Under the pieces are notes generated by a model, which was given only the letters and a program-made list of their open reading frames with translations, was not told the DNA's origin and searched no databases. Both the position numbers and the translations under genes were made by a program. From Diplonema japonicum (Eukaryota > Protista > Euglenozoa: Diplonemea), in contig OZ025658.1 in assembly GCA_964019335.1 (NCBI GenBank), positions 496,001 through 560,000 of the forward strand: 64,000 bases of DNA, in the 5' to 3' direction. How positions within the stretch are numbered: the stretch's first letter is position 1; each line of letters starts with the position of its first letter. Shown here in pieces: positions 23,101-35,500 of this stretch.

Positions 23101-26100
23101 GACGACTTCGATTGGCTCGTACACATGCGAATGTACTCCAGGAAGGGAAACAACAACGTGGAAGCCGCGTACGCAGAGATCGCGAACGCAACGCTGAACT
23201 ACTCGTACGAGTACCTTGGTGTCGGGGAGCGCCTAGTGCAGACACCGCTCACGGACAAGTGCTACCTCACGCTGACGCAAGCTTTGCACACAAAGATGGG
23301 AGGCGCACCTTCCGGACCTGCAGGGACCGGGAAGACGGAAACCGTGAAGGCACTGGGCACACTGCTGGCTCGCTTCGTGCTGGTGTTCTGCTGCGACGAA
23401 GCATTCGACTTCAAAGCAATGGGACGTATCTTCGTCGGGCTGTGCCAGGTAGGGGCGTGGGGGTGCTTCGACGAGTTCAACCGTCTGGAGGAGAGGATCC
23501 TGTCGGCGGTGTCGCAACAGATCCAGATCATCCAGGTGGGGCTGTCCGCCGGGAAATCGGTAATCCACCTCCTGGACAGGGATGTCCCCATGCACGAAAA
23601 TGTCGGCATTTTCATTACAATGAACCCTGGTTACGCAGGAAGGAGCGAGCTCCCGGACAACTTGAAGCAGCTGTTCCGCTCGGTTGCAATGTCTGCCCCC
23701 GACCGAGAGATCATCGCAGAAGTGATGCTGTTCTCGCAGGGGTTCCAACTGGCAGAGCTGTTGGCGAAGAAGATCGTGCCGTTGTTCCAGCTGTGCAAGG
23801 ACCAGCTCAGTCCCCAGGGGCACTACGACTTCGGGCTGCGTGCCCTGAAGTCATGCCTTGTGAATGCGGGGAACATGAAGCGAGAGGACAAGGGCACAGC
23901 GATCCTCACAGAGGAGGAGGAGAACTATATCCTTCTGAAGAGTGTGACGAAAACGATCGAGCCGAAGCTGGTGGCGGACGACATAGCGCTGTTCCACAGT
24001 CTGTGCTCGGACGTGTTCCCAGGGCTCTCCCTGGAAGAGAGTGGGTTGGAGAAGCTCATCCAGTGCATCAAGGATGTGTGCAAAGAGACGAACTTGCTGT
24101 GCAAAGAAGGGAGCTTGTGGCTCCACAAGGTTCTGCAGCTGCACCAGATCCAGTCCATCCACCATGGGCTGATGTTGGTAGGACCCAGCTGCAGCGGGAA
24201 GACGGTAGCGTGGAGCTCGCTTCTGCTCGCAATGTCTCGTATCGATAACTGCGAAGGGGTGGCGCACGTGATCGACCCGAAAGCACTGTCGAAGGCAGAA
24301 TTGTACGGGAACCTCGACCAGACGACACGAGAATGGACGGACGGGATCTTCACGGATATCCTGCGGAAGATCGTGGATAATCAGACCGGCGAAGAAGACA
24401 AGAAGATCCACTGGATCATCTTCGACGGTGACGTGGACCCGGAGTGGGTGGAGAACTTGAACTCGCTGCTGGATGACAACAGGCTGCTTACGCTCCCCAA
24501 CGGAGAGCGTTTGACACTCCCAAAGAACGTGCGTGTGATGTTCGAAGTGCAGGACCTTAAGTACGCGACACTGGCTACAGTGAGTCGCTGCGGAATGGTG
24601 TGGTTCAGCGAAGACGTGTGCACGATCCCAATGGCGCTCCACCACTACATCCACAGCGTGCACAGCAAGCCGCTGGAGTATCTGATCACCCCGTACGAAC
24701 CGCTTCGCTCGACGAAGAAGTACGAGCAGGCTCTGGAGAGCCTGACGGCTGGCGGGGACGCGAACATGTTCGGAGGCGGGCACAGCGAGATGGAGATGGA
24801 GACGCAGAAGGCATTCGTGGACATCATTCGCCCCTACTTCGAGGACGGCAATGTGGTGCACCTTGCGCTGGAAGTGGCGGAAGAGCTGTTGCACGACCAC
24901 ACGATCATGGAGTGGAACTCGCACCAGTACCTCGGCGGTCTCTTCAGTCTTGTGAACAAGGGGATCCAAGACATCATCGATTACAACGTGAACCACCCCG
25001 ACTTCCTGCTGCAGCAGGAGATCGTCGCATCTTATGCCCCGAAACGACTGCTCATGTCGCTTGCATGGGCTTTCGCGGGGGCCTGCAACTTCCAGCGCAG
25101 GATGGAATTCTGTGCGCGTCTAGTGCAGCTCGCAAAGGAGCGAGGCCTCGGGCAGCACCTGCCGCAAGGAGATCTGCTGGACTACGAGGTAGTGCTGGAG
25201 GACGCGGAATGGTCCCCGTGGGACAGGAACGTGGTTCAAGTGGACATCCCGGCGCACAAGGTGGGGACGAACGACGTGATCATCGCGACTGTGGACACAG
25301 TGCGACACGAGGAGGTGGTGTTGAGTTGGCTGCAGGCTCACCGTCCCATGATGTTCTGTGGGCCGCCAGGATCTGGGAAGACGATGACGCTGACCAGCGT
25401 GCTGCGACGCCTCACAGACTACGAGCCCATCTTCTTGAACTTCTCGTCGGGATCGAACCCAGACATGATTCTGAAGACGTTCGACCACCCGTCCTTCACC
25501 TACACTTCTGCTCCTGGGATCGGCCCCGTGCTGCGCCCCTCCACCCCTGGGAAGTGGATCGTGGTATTCTGCGACGAGTGCAACCTCCCTGCAACAGACG
25601 ATTATGGTACGCAGCGTGTGATCTCGCTCCTGCGTCAGATGATGGAGCGCGGTGGGTTCTTCAAGCCGGGTCCGTCTGGAGAGCTTACCTGGATCACGCT
25701 GCAGCGCGTGCAGTTCGCAGGGGCGTGCAACCCCCCCACCGACCCGGGGCGTGTCCCTCTCTCGCACCGTTTCTTGCGTTGGTCGCCCCTCCTCTTTGTG
25801 GACTTCCCTTCGAAGCCCTCGCTGGAGGCTATTTACGGAACGTTCTGCAGGGCCTTCCTGAAGCCCTTGAACAATCTGAAGCAGTTCGGAGACCAGCTTG
25901 CGCGTGCGATGGTGCAGTTCTACCAAGCCTCACAGAAGCACTTCACCCCCGAGATGCAGGCACACTACGTGTACTCACCGAGAGAGTTGTCTCGTTGGAC
26001 GCGTGCCGTGCACGAAGGCTTGGAAACCTTGAACTTCCCATCAAAGCAGGCACTCACGGTGAACGATCTAGTGCGTCTCGCCATCCACGAGGGACTGCGT

Positions 26101-29100
26101 CTGTTCCGCGACAGGCTTATCTTCGATGATGAGAAAGAGTGGACCGACGAAGAGGTGGACGGCGCTTTCAAGTCGCACTTCCCGGAGATCGACCCCACAA
26201 AAGCCTGCCACCGCCCGCTCCTGTACTCTACTTTCCTCAGCAAGGAGTACATTAACAACGACATCGAAGAGCTGCGCAGCCACATCCAAGGGAAGCTCAA
26301 GGTCTTCGCGGAGGAGGAGATGGATGTCCAGCTAGTCGTCTTCGACTCTGTTCTTGACCACATCCTGCGCATCGACAGAATCATCCGCCAGCCTCTCGGT
26401 CACATGCTGCTTGTCGGCGTTGCCGGTGCAGGGAAGACGGTCCTCTCGAAGTTCGTCGCCTGGCACTCCGGAATGACTATTTTCCAGATCAAAGCCCACA
26501 GGGGGTACACCATCGTAGACTTCGAAGAGGATCTCAGGACAGTGTTGAAGCGTGCGGGTTGCAAGGGAGAGAAGATCTGCTTCATCTTCGACGAGTCAAA
26601 CGTGATGGACAGCGGGTTCTTGGAGTACATGAACGCGCTGCTTGCTTCGGGTGAGGTCCCGGGGCTTTTCGAAGGTCAGGAATACGACCAGCTCATCCAA
26701 CAGGCGAGGGAGGGGATCAACTCCCAACCGGGGGCACGTGTTGTGGACACGTCGGACAAGCATCAGATGTACAAGTGGTTCGTGTCGCAGGTGCAGCTGA
26801 ACCTCCACGTGATCTTCACGATGAACCCGAACTCGCCCGACTTCCACAGCAGATGCCAGACGTCGCCTGCTCTGTTCAACAGATGCACAATCGACTGGTT
26901 CGGGGAGTGGAGCGATGAAGCGCTCGAGCAAGTAGCACGCGAATACACACAAACTCTTGACCTGATGGAGTCGCAGGACCGCAACAAGCCCGTATTCACC
27001 ACCCTTGAGCAGGCACAGAGCGCCCTTGTCTCTAGCATTGTGAAGATACACCACCACACCAACAGCGTGAATGACAAGTTGAAGAGGAGGGGGGCAGGCC
27101 GTGGCACGTTTATCACGCCCCGCCACTACCTGGACTTCATCGCTCAGTTCAAACATTTGTACAAGGAGAAGAGAGAGCAGGTGCTTGACCAGCAGATGCA
27201 TTTGAACACAGGTCTCACAAAGCTTGACGACACAACGAACCAGGTGAACAAACTGAAGAAAGAGCTTCAAGCGAAGGAGAAGCATCTGGCGGAGGTGCAG
27301 AAGGAACAGCACGCGGCAATGGAGCAGCTGAAGATCGACCAAGTAAAGGCGAACACAGAACAAGACAAGGCAACGAAGATGGAGCAGGTGTTGAACGTGG
27401 AACAAGAAGAAATCAAGAAGGAGACGGAGAAAGCAGAGACGGACCTGTCGATGGCAAAACCTGCGCTGGAGAAGGCACAAAAGCTCGTCTCGTCGATCCC
27501 GGACAGGGACATCAAGGAGTGCAGGTCGTACGCGACACCACCTGAGATGGTGAAGAAGATTCTTGAAATGGTCATGTTGCTGATGGGGAAATCTATAAAG
27601 GACTGGAGAGGTCTCAGAGAGGCGATGAACAAAGAAGGCTTCTTAAAGGACATCGTGAACTTCGATTCAACAAAGATCACAAAGCGCGCGCAGGACGAGG
27701 TGAAAAAGTACATGGAAGACCCGAAGATCAACAGCGCCTCAGCTAACAAGGCGAGCAAAGCGTGCGGCCCTCTCTTCGATTGGTGCGATGCACAGCTCGA
27801 GTACGCCAGAATCCTCACCAACATAGCGCCTCTCACTGCACACATCGCACAGCTGAACGTCAAGAACGAAACCACCTTGAAGGAACTGCAGGAGACTACG
27901 GACAAGATTGTTGAGCTCAACAAGAGTGTAACAGCCATGGAGGAACAGTTCGGGAAACTCACAAGCGAAGCAGAACAGCTGAAGATTCAAATGAACGATA
28001 CTTCAAAGAAATGTGAGAGATCTGAGAAGCTGCTGGGCTCGCTGAGCTCCGAGAGGTCTCGCTGGGAGGAAGAGAAGAAGAACTTCGCGAAGCAGATCAC
28101 CACCGTAGTGGGAGACTGTCTGCTGAGCGGAGGATTCCTTGCCTACAATGGGTACTTCGACGATCACAACAGACGCAGCGTGATCCTCCCGAAGTGGATG
28201 AAATCGTTGAAGGAGCGAAAGGTGCTGTTCAAGAAGCACCTGAGCCTTCAGGAGTACCTGTCGAAGCCAGCAGAACGCTTGGAATGGCAAGCGAACGGCC
28301 TGCCTCCCGACGAGCTTTACGTGGAGAACGCGATCATCCTGTCACGTTTCCAACGCTACCCGCTGATGATCGACCCGAGCGGGATGGCGGTGTCCTTCCT
28401 CATGACGCAGTACAAGGACAAGAACATTGCCAAGACCTCGTTCCTAGAAGACGGTTTTATGAAGTCGCTGGAAACATCGCTGCGATTCGGATACCCGCTG
28501 TTGGTGCAGGATGTGGAGTGTTTGGACCCGATCATGAACCCGATCTTGAACAAGGAAGTGTCGAAACAAGGAGGGCGTACCTTGATCCGTCTGGGGGACC
28601 AGTCCATCGACTTGTCACCCGCCTTCAAGATCTTCCTGTCAACCCGAGACCCGACCTTCCAGTTCGCCCCGGATCTGTGCGGACGTGTGACCTTCGCGAA
28701 CTTCACAGTGACACCTGGATCGCTCACCTCGCAGTGTCTCCACCACACACTTAAGGTAGAGCGTCCTGACATAGAGGAACAGCGCTCGGAGATGTTAAAG
28801 GCGCAAGGAGAGTACATGATGAAGCAACGCATGTTGGAACAGCAGCTTCTGGAGGAGATCAGCAAGGCACAGGGGAACATCCTGGAGAACGACGAGCTCA
28901 TCAAGCAGCTGGAGATCCTGAAGGCGACAACGACAGAAGTAAAGGAGAAGCTGGAGAAGACGGACGAAACCATGGAGCACATCAAAAAGGTGGAGAAGCA
29001 GTTCCGAGCGGTCGCAGACGGGTCGTCGAAGCTGTACTTCATGTTGCAGCAGCTCCCGGATCTGAACCCGTTGTACCAATTCTCGCTGGGGCACTTCATG

Positions 29101-31017
29101 ACGATCCTGAACGACGTGCTCCTGGACAGGGAGGGCATCTTGCCTCCAAACGAGAAACAGGGGAAGACCAGCGACTCCCGCAGGGACATGATCATCAGAC
29201 AGATCTTCACGAAGACCTACGAAAAGGTGTCACGTGGAATGCTGCAGCGGGACCACCTTGCGCTGGGACTGCGTCTGTGCCAGGTGCGCCTGCAGCTCCG
29301 CGGAGAAAAGGTTCAACACATTTCGCAACCCATGTGGGACTTCTTGGTTGCAACAGGCCAAGGCCAGGGCAATGGTTCCAGCTCGATCGAGGGTCTGGAA
29401 CCGAAACAAGCGCTTCTTCTGCAAGAGCTGCTCACTATGGAATCCATGCAAGACGTGAAGCGCAGCGTGGAGGGGAACTCCAGTCCTTGGAAAGCGCTCC
29501 TGAAGAGCACGGAACCTGCAGACACTATCCCGAGGGCAGGAGAGAAGCTCCACCCCATCACGCAGGCGATGCAGGACATGCTGGTGTTGAAGGTGTTCCG
29601 TCCGGACGCCTTGAAGGCTGCAGCTATGAAGCTTGTGAAAGAGATATTCGACAACCAGACAGCAAGCATCGAGACACAGGTCCCGCAAAAATCTATCTTT
29701 GCCACAGGGGAGCCTGCCCTCGACCAGATCACAGACGACGTATGTAATTTTGCAAAAAAGAAACACAACACAACACAGTCGGACCCCTTCACGCCCATGC
29801 TGCTGTGCTCCGCACCAGGGTTCGATGCGTCGGACCGTGTGCAGGACCTCGCAAAGCAGAAGAACAAGAAGCTTCTGGAGATTGCAATGGGCTCGCCGGA
29901 GGGTTACAGCGACGCCGACAGAGCACTGTTCTCGGGACTGAGCAACGGGGAGTGGCTACTCTTGAAGAACGTGCACCTTGCACCCCAGGTACGCAAAACG
30001 GCAAAAAAGAAGAAAGAAAAAAAACCCCCGAAAATGGTAAAAACACACACCCCTACAGTACCTGAGCAACTTGGAGAAGAAGCTCCACGCAGCAGAACTG
30101 GAAAAGAAGTCCAACGGGTATTTTAGAAGAAAAAAAAAATTACCAAAAACCCCAAACACAGCTCTTTCCGAATCTTCCTGACATCAGAGATCAGCCCGAA
30201 GCTCCCTGCGAACCTCTTGGTGCGGTCGCACGTGCTTGTGTTCGAACCGTCGAACGGGATGCAGCCCTCGCTGCTGAGATCTATTGGGAAACACAAGAAC
30301 AAGGTGGCGACGATGGGGGAGATCAAGGGGCCGAGGGAGTTGCACCGTCTGCACTTCCTAGCGGCGTGGCTGCACGCGGTGGTGATCGAGAGACTGCGCT
30401 ACGCACCACTTGGGTGGGCGAAGAAGTACGAGTTCTCAGAGGGAGACTTCATCCGAACCATCGACACCATCGATCAATGGGTGGCACGCACGTCAGACGG
30501 GAGGGACAACGTGGCCCCCTCAGCATTGCCGTGGAAGGCCTTGCTCGTGCTGCTTGGGGAGAGCGTGTACGGGGGACGCATCGACAACGAATTCGACCAG
30601 CACCTCATGCGCTCATTCTTGAAGAAGTTCTTCGTCGAGGAATGCTACGGGCGGGCATTCCCGCTCACCGCAGGCAGAGAAGGCGAGTCATCTCTCACCA
30701 TCGCGGACGGACACCAGAGGGACGAATTCGAAACCTGGGTGCAAGACATGCCCAGTGCGCAGACCCCCGTGTGGCTCGGCCTTCCTGGCGAGTCTCAAAA
30801 GATGATCCAACAGCAGCAAGGCGAGCAAATGCTTATCGATCTTGTCAAGATCACAGACATCTTCGAAGAAGCAGGCGGCGACGAGGACGAGGAAGACGGG
30901 AAGAACGAGGACAAGAGGAAAGACTCCGCGATACCGAAGAAGGAAGGCACCTTCGTACCCGAATGGGCGAGGCGTCTTAGAGGTTCCGTCGAGGTGTGAA
31001 ACAAAAAAACGAGGGAG

Positions 31018-31059
<42 letters not shown>

Positions 31060-31945
31060 AACAAACTAACAAACTAACAGGGATGGCTCCGCGAGATGTA
31101 CGAACTGGACAACTCGTCGATCCACCAGGCACTCAAGGTCGTGGCGAAGGATGGTATATTCAAACAACAAAAAAGAGAAAGAGAAAAAAAATAAAATAAA
31201 AATCACAGCTCGCCCGAACCCGATCGTGCAGGCGTTGAAGAGGGAGGTTTCGGAGGCGCAAAAACTGTACAAACTGGTAAAGAAGGAGCTGGACTCCGTG
31301 TTGAAGGTGTGCGAGGGTGAGGAGAAGCCGACGAACAACGTTCGGGACGTGATGTCGCTGCTGTCGAAGGGGAGCATCCCACCGAAGTGGAAGCGGTACA
31401 CCGTACACCCCAGCCTCACGGTGGGGGACTGGATCGTTGACTTCGGCTTGAGATGCAAGCACTTGATGGTCTTCGCCGCACTTGACCCAACGAAGTACGC
31501 TGGGCACGGAATCGATCTTGGCATGATGTTCTTCCCAGGAGCTCTCATCACTGCTACTAGGCAGTCTGTCGCTAGACAATTGGAGTACCCACTAGAGAAG
31601 CTACGTATGTCTCTCGACATTACGGAAGAAGCAAGTGGGGCAGCTGCAAATGAGAATGGTGGAAGTTTTGTGATCACAGGGTTAGGGTTACAGTCATGCA
31701 GGCTTAACAACGGGCGGCTGGAACTGCTTCAAGGAAAGCTGCAGTGCAAGCTCCGGACCCACCGTCTTTGGTGGCGTAAGGTAGAGGCCTTCAAGTTGCC
31801 GAAGAACACTCTGCAACTCCCTCTTTACCTCAACCCTGCCAGAACCGAGATTCTTGCAAAGCTGGACCTCCCCGTCGACCCTTCAGTAGAAGAACATGAG
31901 TGGTATCAGCTTGGCACAGCCGTCACGGCATGGAAAAGCACATAA
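17197..31945 (+). CDS. DYNC1H1: Cytoplasmic dynein-1 heavy chain, ~4817 aa; introns 29740-29778, 29989-30058, 30118-30161, 30994-31080, 31154-31208
   Basis: P-loops GPAGTGKT, GPSCSGKT, GPPGSGKT, GVAGAGKT; FPRFYF, FDGDVDPEWVENLNS, stalk coiled coil. Splicing restores LKNVHLAPQ|YLSNLEKKLH and G|SFRIFLTSEISPKLPANLL. Confidence 0.96.
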
Positions 31946-32532
31946 TAAATAAATAAAATAAAAAATAAAAAGAAGTGTGTCCCCCCTACCCCTCCTTTTT
32001 TTTTTATGAGGCACTCCGATCGTTTTTTTTTTTTTGTTTCCCCATATAAGGTAGGGAGAACGGGGGAGGTATATTTTTTTTTTTGGTTTTTCATGTACGG
32101 GGGAGGGTACTAACGTCCTTTTTTTAAAAAAAATATATTGGTTTTGGGGATTTATTATTATTTTTTTTGGGGTGCTAACACTACTCCGGTGTATTATTTC
32201 CCCCCCCCCCTTTTTTTTAAAACAAAGAAAAAAAACATAAGCTTTTTTACCCCCCCTTTTTATTCTCACACCCCCCCATCCTCATGCAACCCCAACACGG
32301 GGTTCGTATGTTCAAAATCCTTTTTTTTTGGAAATTCTTTTTTTATTACTTCTCTTTCCATTTTATTATGTATTGACTTTTTTATATTTTGGGGGAGGGG
32401 GCTTTTTTTTTCTTCTTTCTGTCTCCTCACTTTTTTTTTCTCTCCTGCACATTACACCTTTTAAAAGGGGAAAAGAAAAAAAAAAAGGAAACAAACCAAC
32501 AAGGAAGAGAGCGAGGGGAGGGGGAGAAAAAA

Positions 32533-35500
32533 ATGGCAACAAAAAACTCCCTGCTGCCTGTAGTGACATTTTTCCTGCAGGCTTGGAGCGTGGCAGGGCT
32601 GTACGTGGCGATAGCTGACACCGCGGATCTCACAAACAACTACGGAAACGGCTACGGCGGCTCGCCTTTGGTGGTTGTAGATGGGAACAACCCCGTGAGC
32701 ACAGGAGCTCTGGAACACGAGTACGACATGAGCGGGAGCGACTGCCTAAGGTCCCCCACGTTATGGGACCCTAGTAACAGACACCACTATGAAGCGTGGG
32801 TCAAACCCAGGAAGCAGTCCGGAAGGCAGCTAATATACGCGTGGGGTAGCAGCACCGCAGACCTAACCTTTGGCATTGGCCTGAAAAATAACAAACCCTG
32901 CCTCTTCCATGAGCATGGTAACTCAAAATCGTCAGTGTGCTCCAGCACTGTCCTAAACGGGGAGTGGGTGTACCTCCGATTCATCGTTTCAACGACTGAA
33001 GTCGCCATTGAAATCAACGGTGCGATCGACACCCAAGGTCCCGGTGTTTCTCGCCCCAACACCCCCCTGCCTGACATAGTAAATGTCGGCTGTGTTACCA
33101 ACGACGGGACCCGAGAAGACTACTTCAATGGTAAAATCCACAACTTGCGTATAAAAGCAAACGGGCCGACCTCCTGCAGCAGCGGTCTCTGGCTTCGCCC
33201 CGGGTCGGATAGTGACTGCATGGCCATCACCTTCCCCGTATCGGGGGACTCCATGAACCCTTGCGGAACGGGTTCCTACCCTGCCATCGAAGACCGCAGC
33301 GACCTCATGATCCTCAACGCGAAGTACCCCAGCACCACTGTGTTCATCCCCCTCACGTACACGGGGACAACCATCGGAAGCGTGTTTTCCGCCAAAACCA
33401 AAGTATCCCCCACCGACACTGGGAACTGGGATTGGAAAAGTGGTTTGGTCAACTACCAATACAGCACGTGGCTGTGGCTCACGTCGTACCCTAACGACAA
33501 GTACGCCATGTGTGCTGTGTTCAGCCCTCTTGACGGGTTGGGTTTGCAGGACGCGAACTGCACCGATGTGCTTCCCTACCTGTGCATCACGCCTAACAAC
33601 CCCATGACAGACGCACCCGACACTGCAGTGCCGACTGCAGTTCCTACTGTGGCTCCTGACACACCAGCCCCTGACACTGCAGTGCCTACGGCAGTGCCCA
33701 CAGTAGCTCCTGACACCGCAGTTCCGACGGCAGTACCCACAGTAGCCCCCGATACTGCAGTGCCGACCGCAGTACCCACAGTAGCCCCTGACACTGCCGT
33801 ACCGACCGCAGTGCCCACAGTAGCCCCCGACACCATTGTGCCTACGGCAGTGCCCACAGTAGCTCCTGACACCGCAGTTCCAACCGCAGTGCCCACAGTA
33901 GCCCCCGATACTGCTGTGCCGACAGCAAACCCTACAACTGCCCCTGACACAGCAGTTCCAACAGCAAATCCAACTTCAGCTCCTGAAACAGTGACACCAA
34001 CAGCAGTGCCAACTTCGGCCCCAAACACCGCTGTGCCTACAGCAGTGCCCACAGTAGCCCCCGATACCGCTGAGCCGACGGCGAACCCTACGACAGCTCC
34101 TGACACAGCAGTTCCAACAGCAAATCCAACTTCAGCTCCTGAAACAGTGACACCAACAGCAGTGCCAACTTCAGCTCCAGACACTGCGATTCCAACGGCA
34201 AATCCTACAATTGCCCCTGCCACAGCAGTCCCAACAGCAAACCCAACTTCAGCTCCTGCAACAGCGATACCGACAGCAAACCCTACAACTGCCCCCGACA
34301 CTGTTGCTCCCACAGTTGTGCCTCCGGGATTTACTGCCGTCCCCACTGCGGTGCCCACAACTGCTCCTGATACGGCAGTTCCAACTGCTATGCCAACTTC
34401 AGCCCCAGACACAGCTGTGCCAACAGCAAACCCTACAGTAGCCCCCGACACCATTGTGCCTACAGCAGTGCCCACAGTAGCTCCCGATACCGCTGTGCCA
34501 ACTTCAGCCCCTGACACTGCTGCGCCGACAGCAGTGCCCACAGTATCCCCCAATACTGCAGTGCCGACCGCAGTGCCAACTTCAGCCCCCGACACTGCAG
34601 TACCGACAGCAAACCCTACAACGGCCCCCGACACAGTAGTTCCAACGGCAGTACCAACGTCATCTCCTGAAACAGTGCCACCAACGGCAAATCCCACAAC
34701 GGCCCCAAACACTGTTGCTCCCACAGCTGTGCCTCCGGGATTTACTGCCGTTCCCACTGCGGTGCCCACAACAGCCCCCGACACTGCAGTACCGACAGCA
34801 AACCCCACAGTAGCCCCCGATACCATTGTGCCGACAACCGCACCCACATCAGCTCCTGACACAGTGGCACCAACAGCAATGCCAACGTCAGCTCCAGATA
34901 CGACAGTGCCAACAGCGAACCCTACACCAGCTCCGGGCACAACAATGCCGACTGCCACATCAACCACAGCCCCCGCCACGGCAATCCCAACTTCAGCTCC
35001 TGACACTGCTGCGCCGACAGCCATCCCTGCGCCCACCGTGCCGCCCCCAACAGACAGTCCAACCTCAGCACCTGCGACGAGCCTCAATTCAACGGAACCC
35101 GTAGGACGTGTGGTGAGCAACCAAGATCAGATCAGCACCGCTGCCTCTCTAGGAACAGTGGGCAGCATCGCGAGCGGGACGACAAACGGCGGGAAGCTGG
35201 TGGTCCTGAAGGGGCTGAACTGTGAGGTGGAGGACATCGACCTCGAAGGGACAGAGAAGCTAGACTGGGAGTTCCACCCCATAGGTGTCCCCATATCGGA
35301 CTCCAACCAGAGATACTTCTTGGGCGCCGTGTTCTTCAACTCGCTTATTGTAGTCGCGGTCTTCGTTGTGAACAACCTCATGGCAGCCGCACAGGTGTTG
35401 GGATGCGGTGTTGCAAGGGACGAGGCGAGGAGCTACGTGCGGGCCCCTGGGTTGGTCTACCTGCCTATCGTGATCCTCCTGACGGGGACTTGCATTTCAG

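Noticed and set aside
21384-26129. Long alternative-frame ORFs inside dynein (425-509 aa)
   Set aside because: Expected by-product of high GC3 coding sequence; Arg/Gly-rich and motif-free.
29989-31208. Dynein C-terminus as a frameshifted pseudogene or separate genes
   Set aside because: GT-AG introns restore a continuous conserved frame.
33604-35080. CRISPR-like array
   Set aside because: In-frame coding repeats without unique spacers, in a eukaryotic context; no cas genes. No tRNA, rRNA or SL RNA gene was recognised anywhere in the window.
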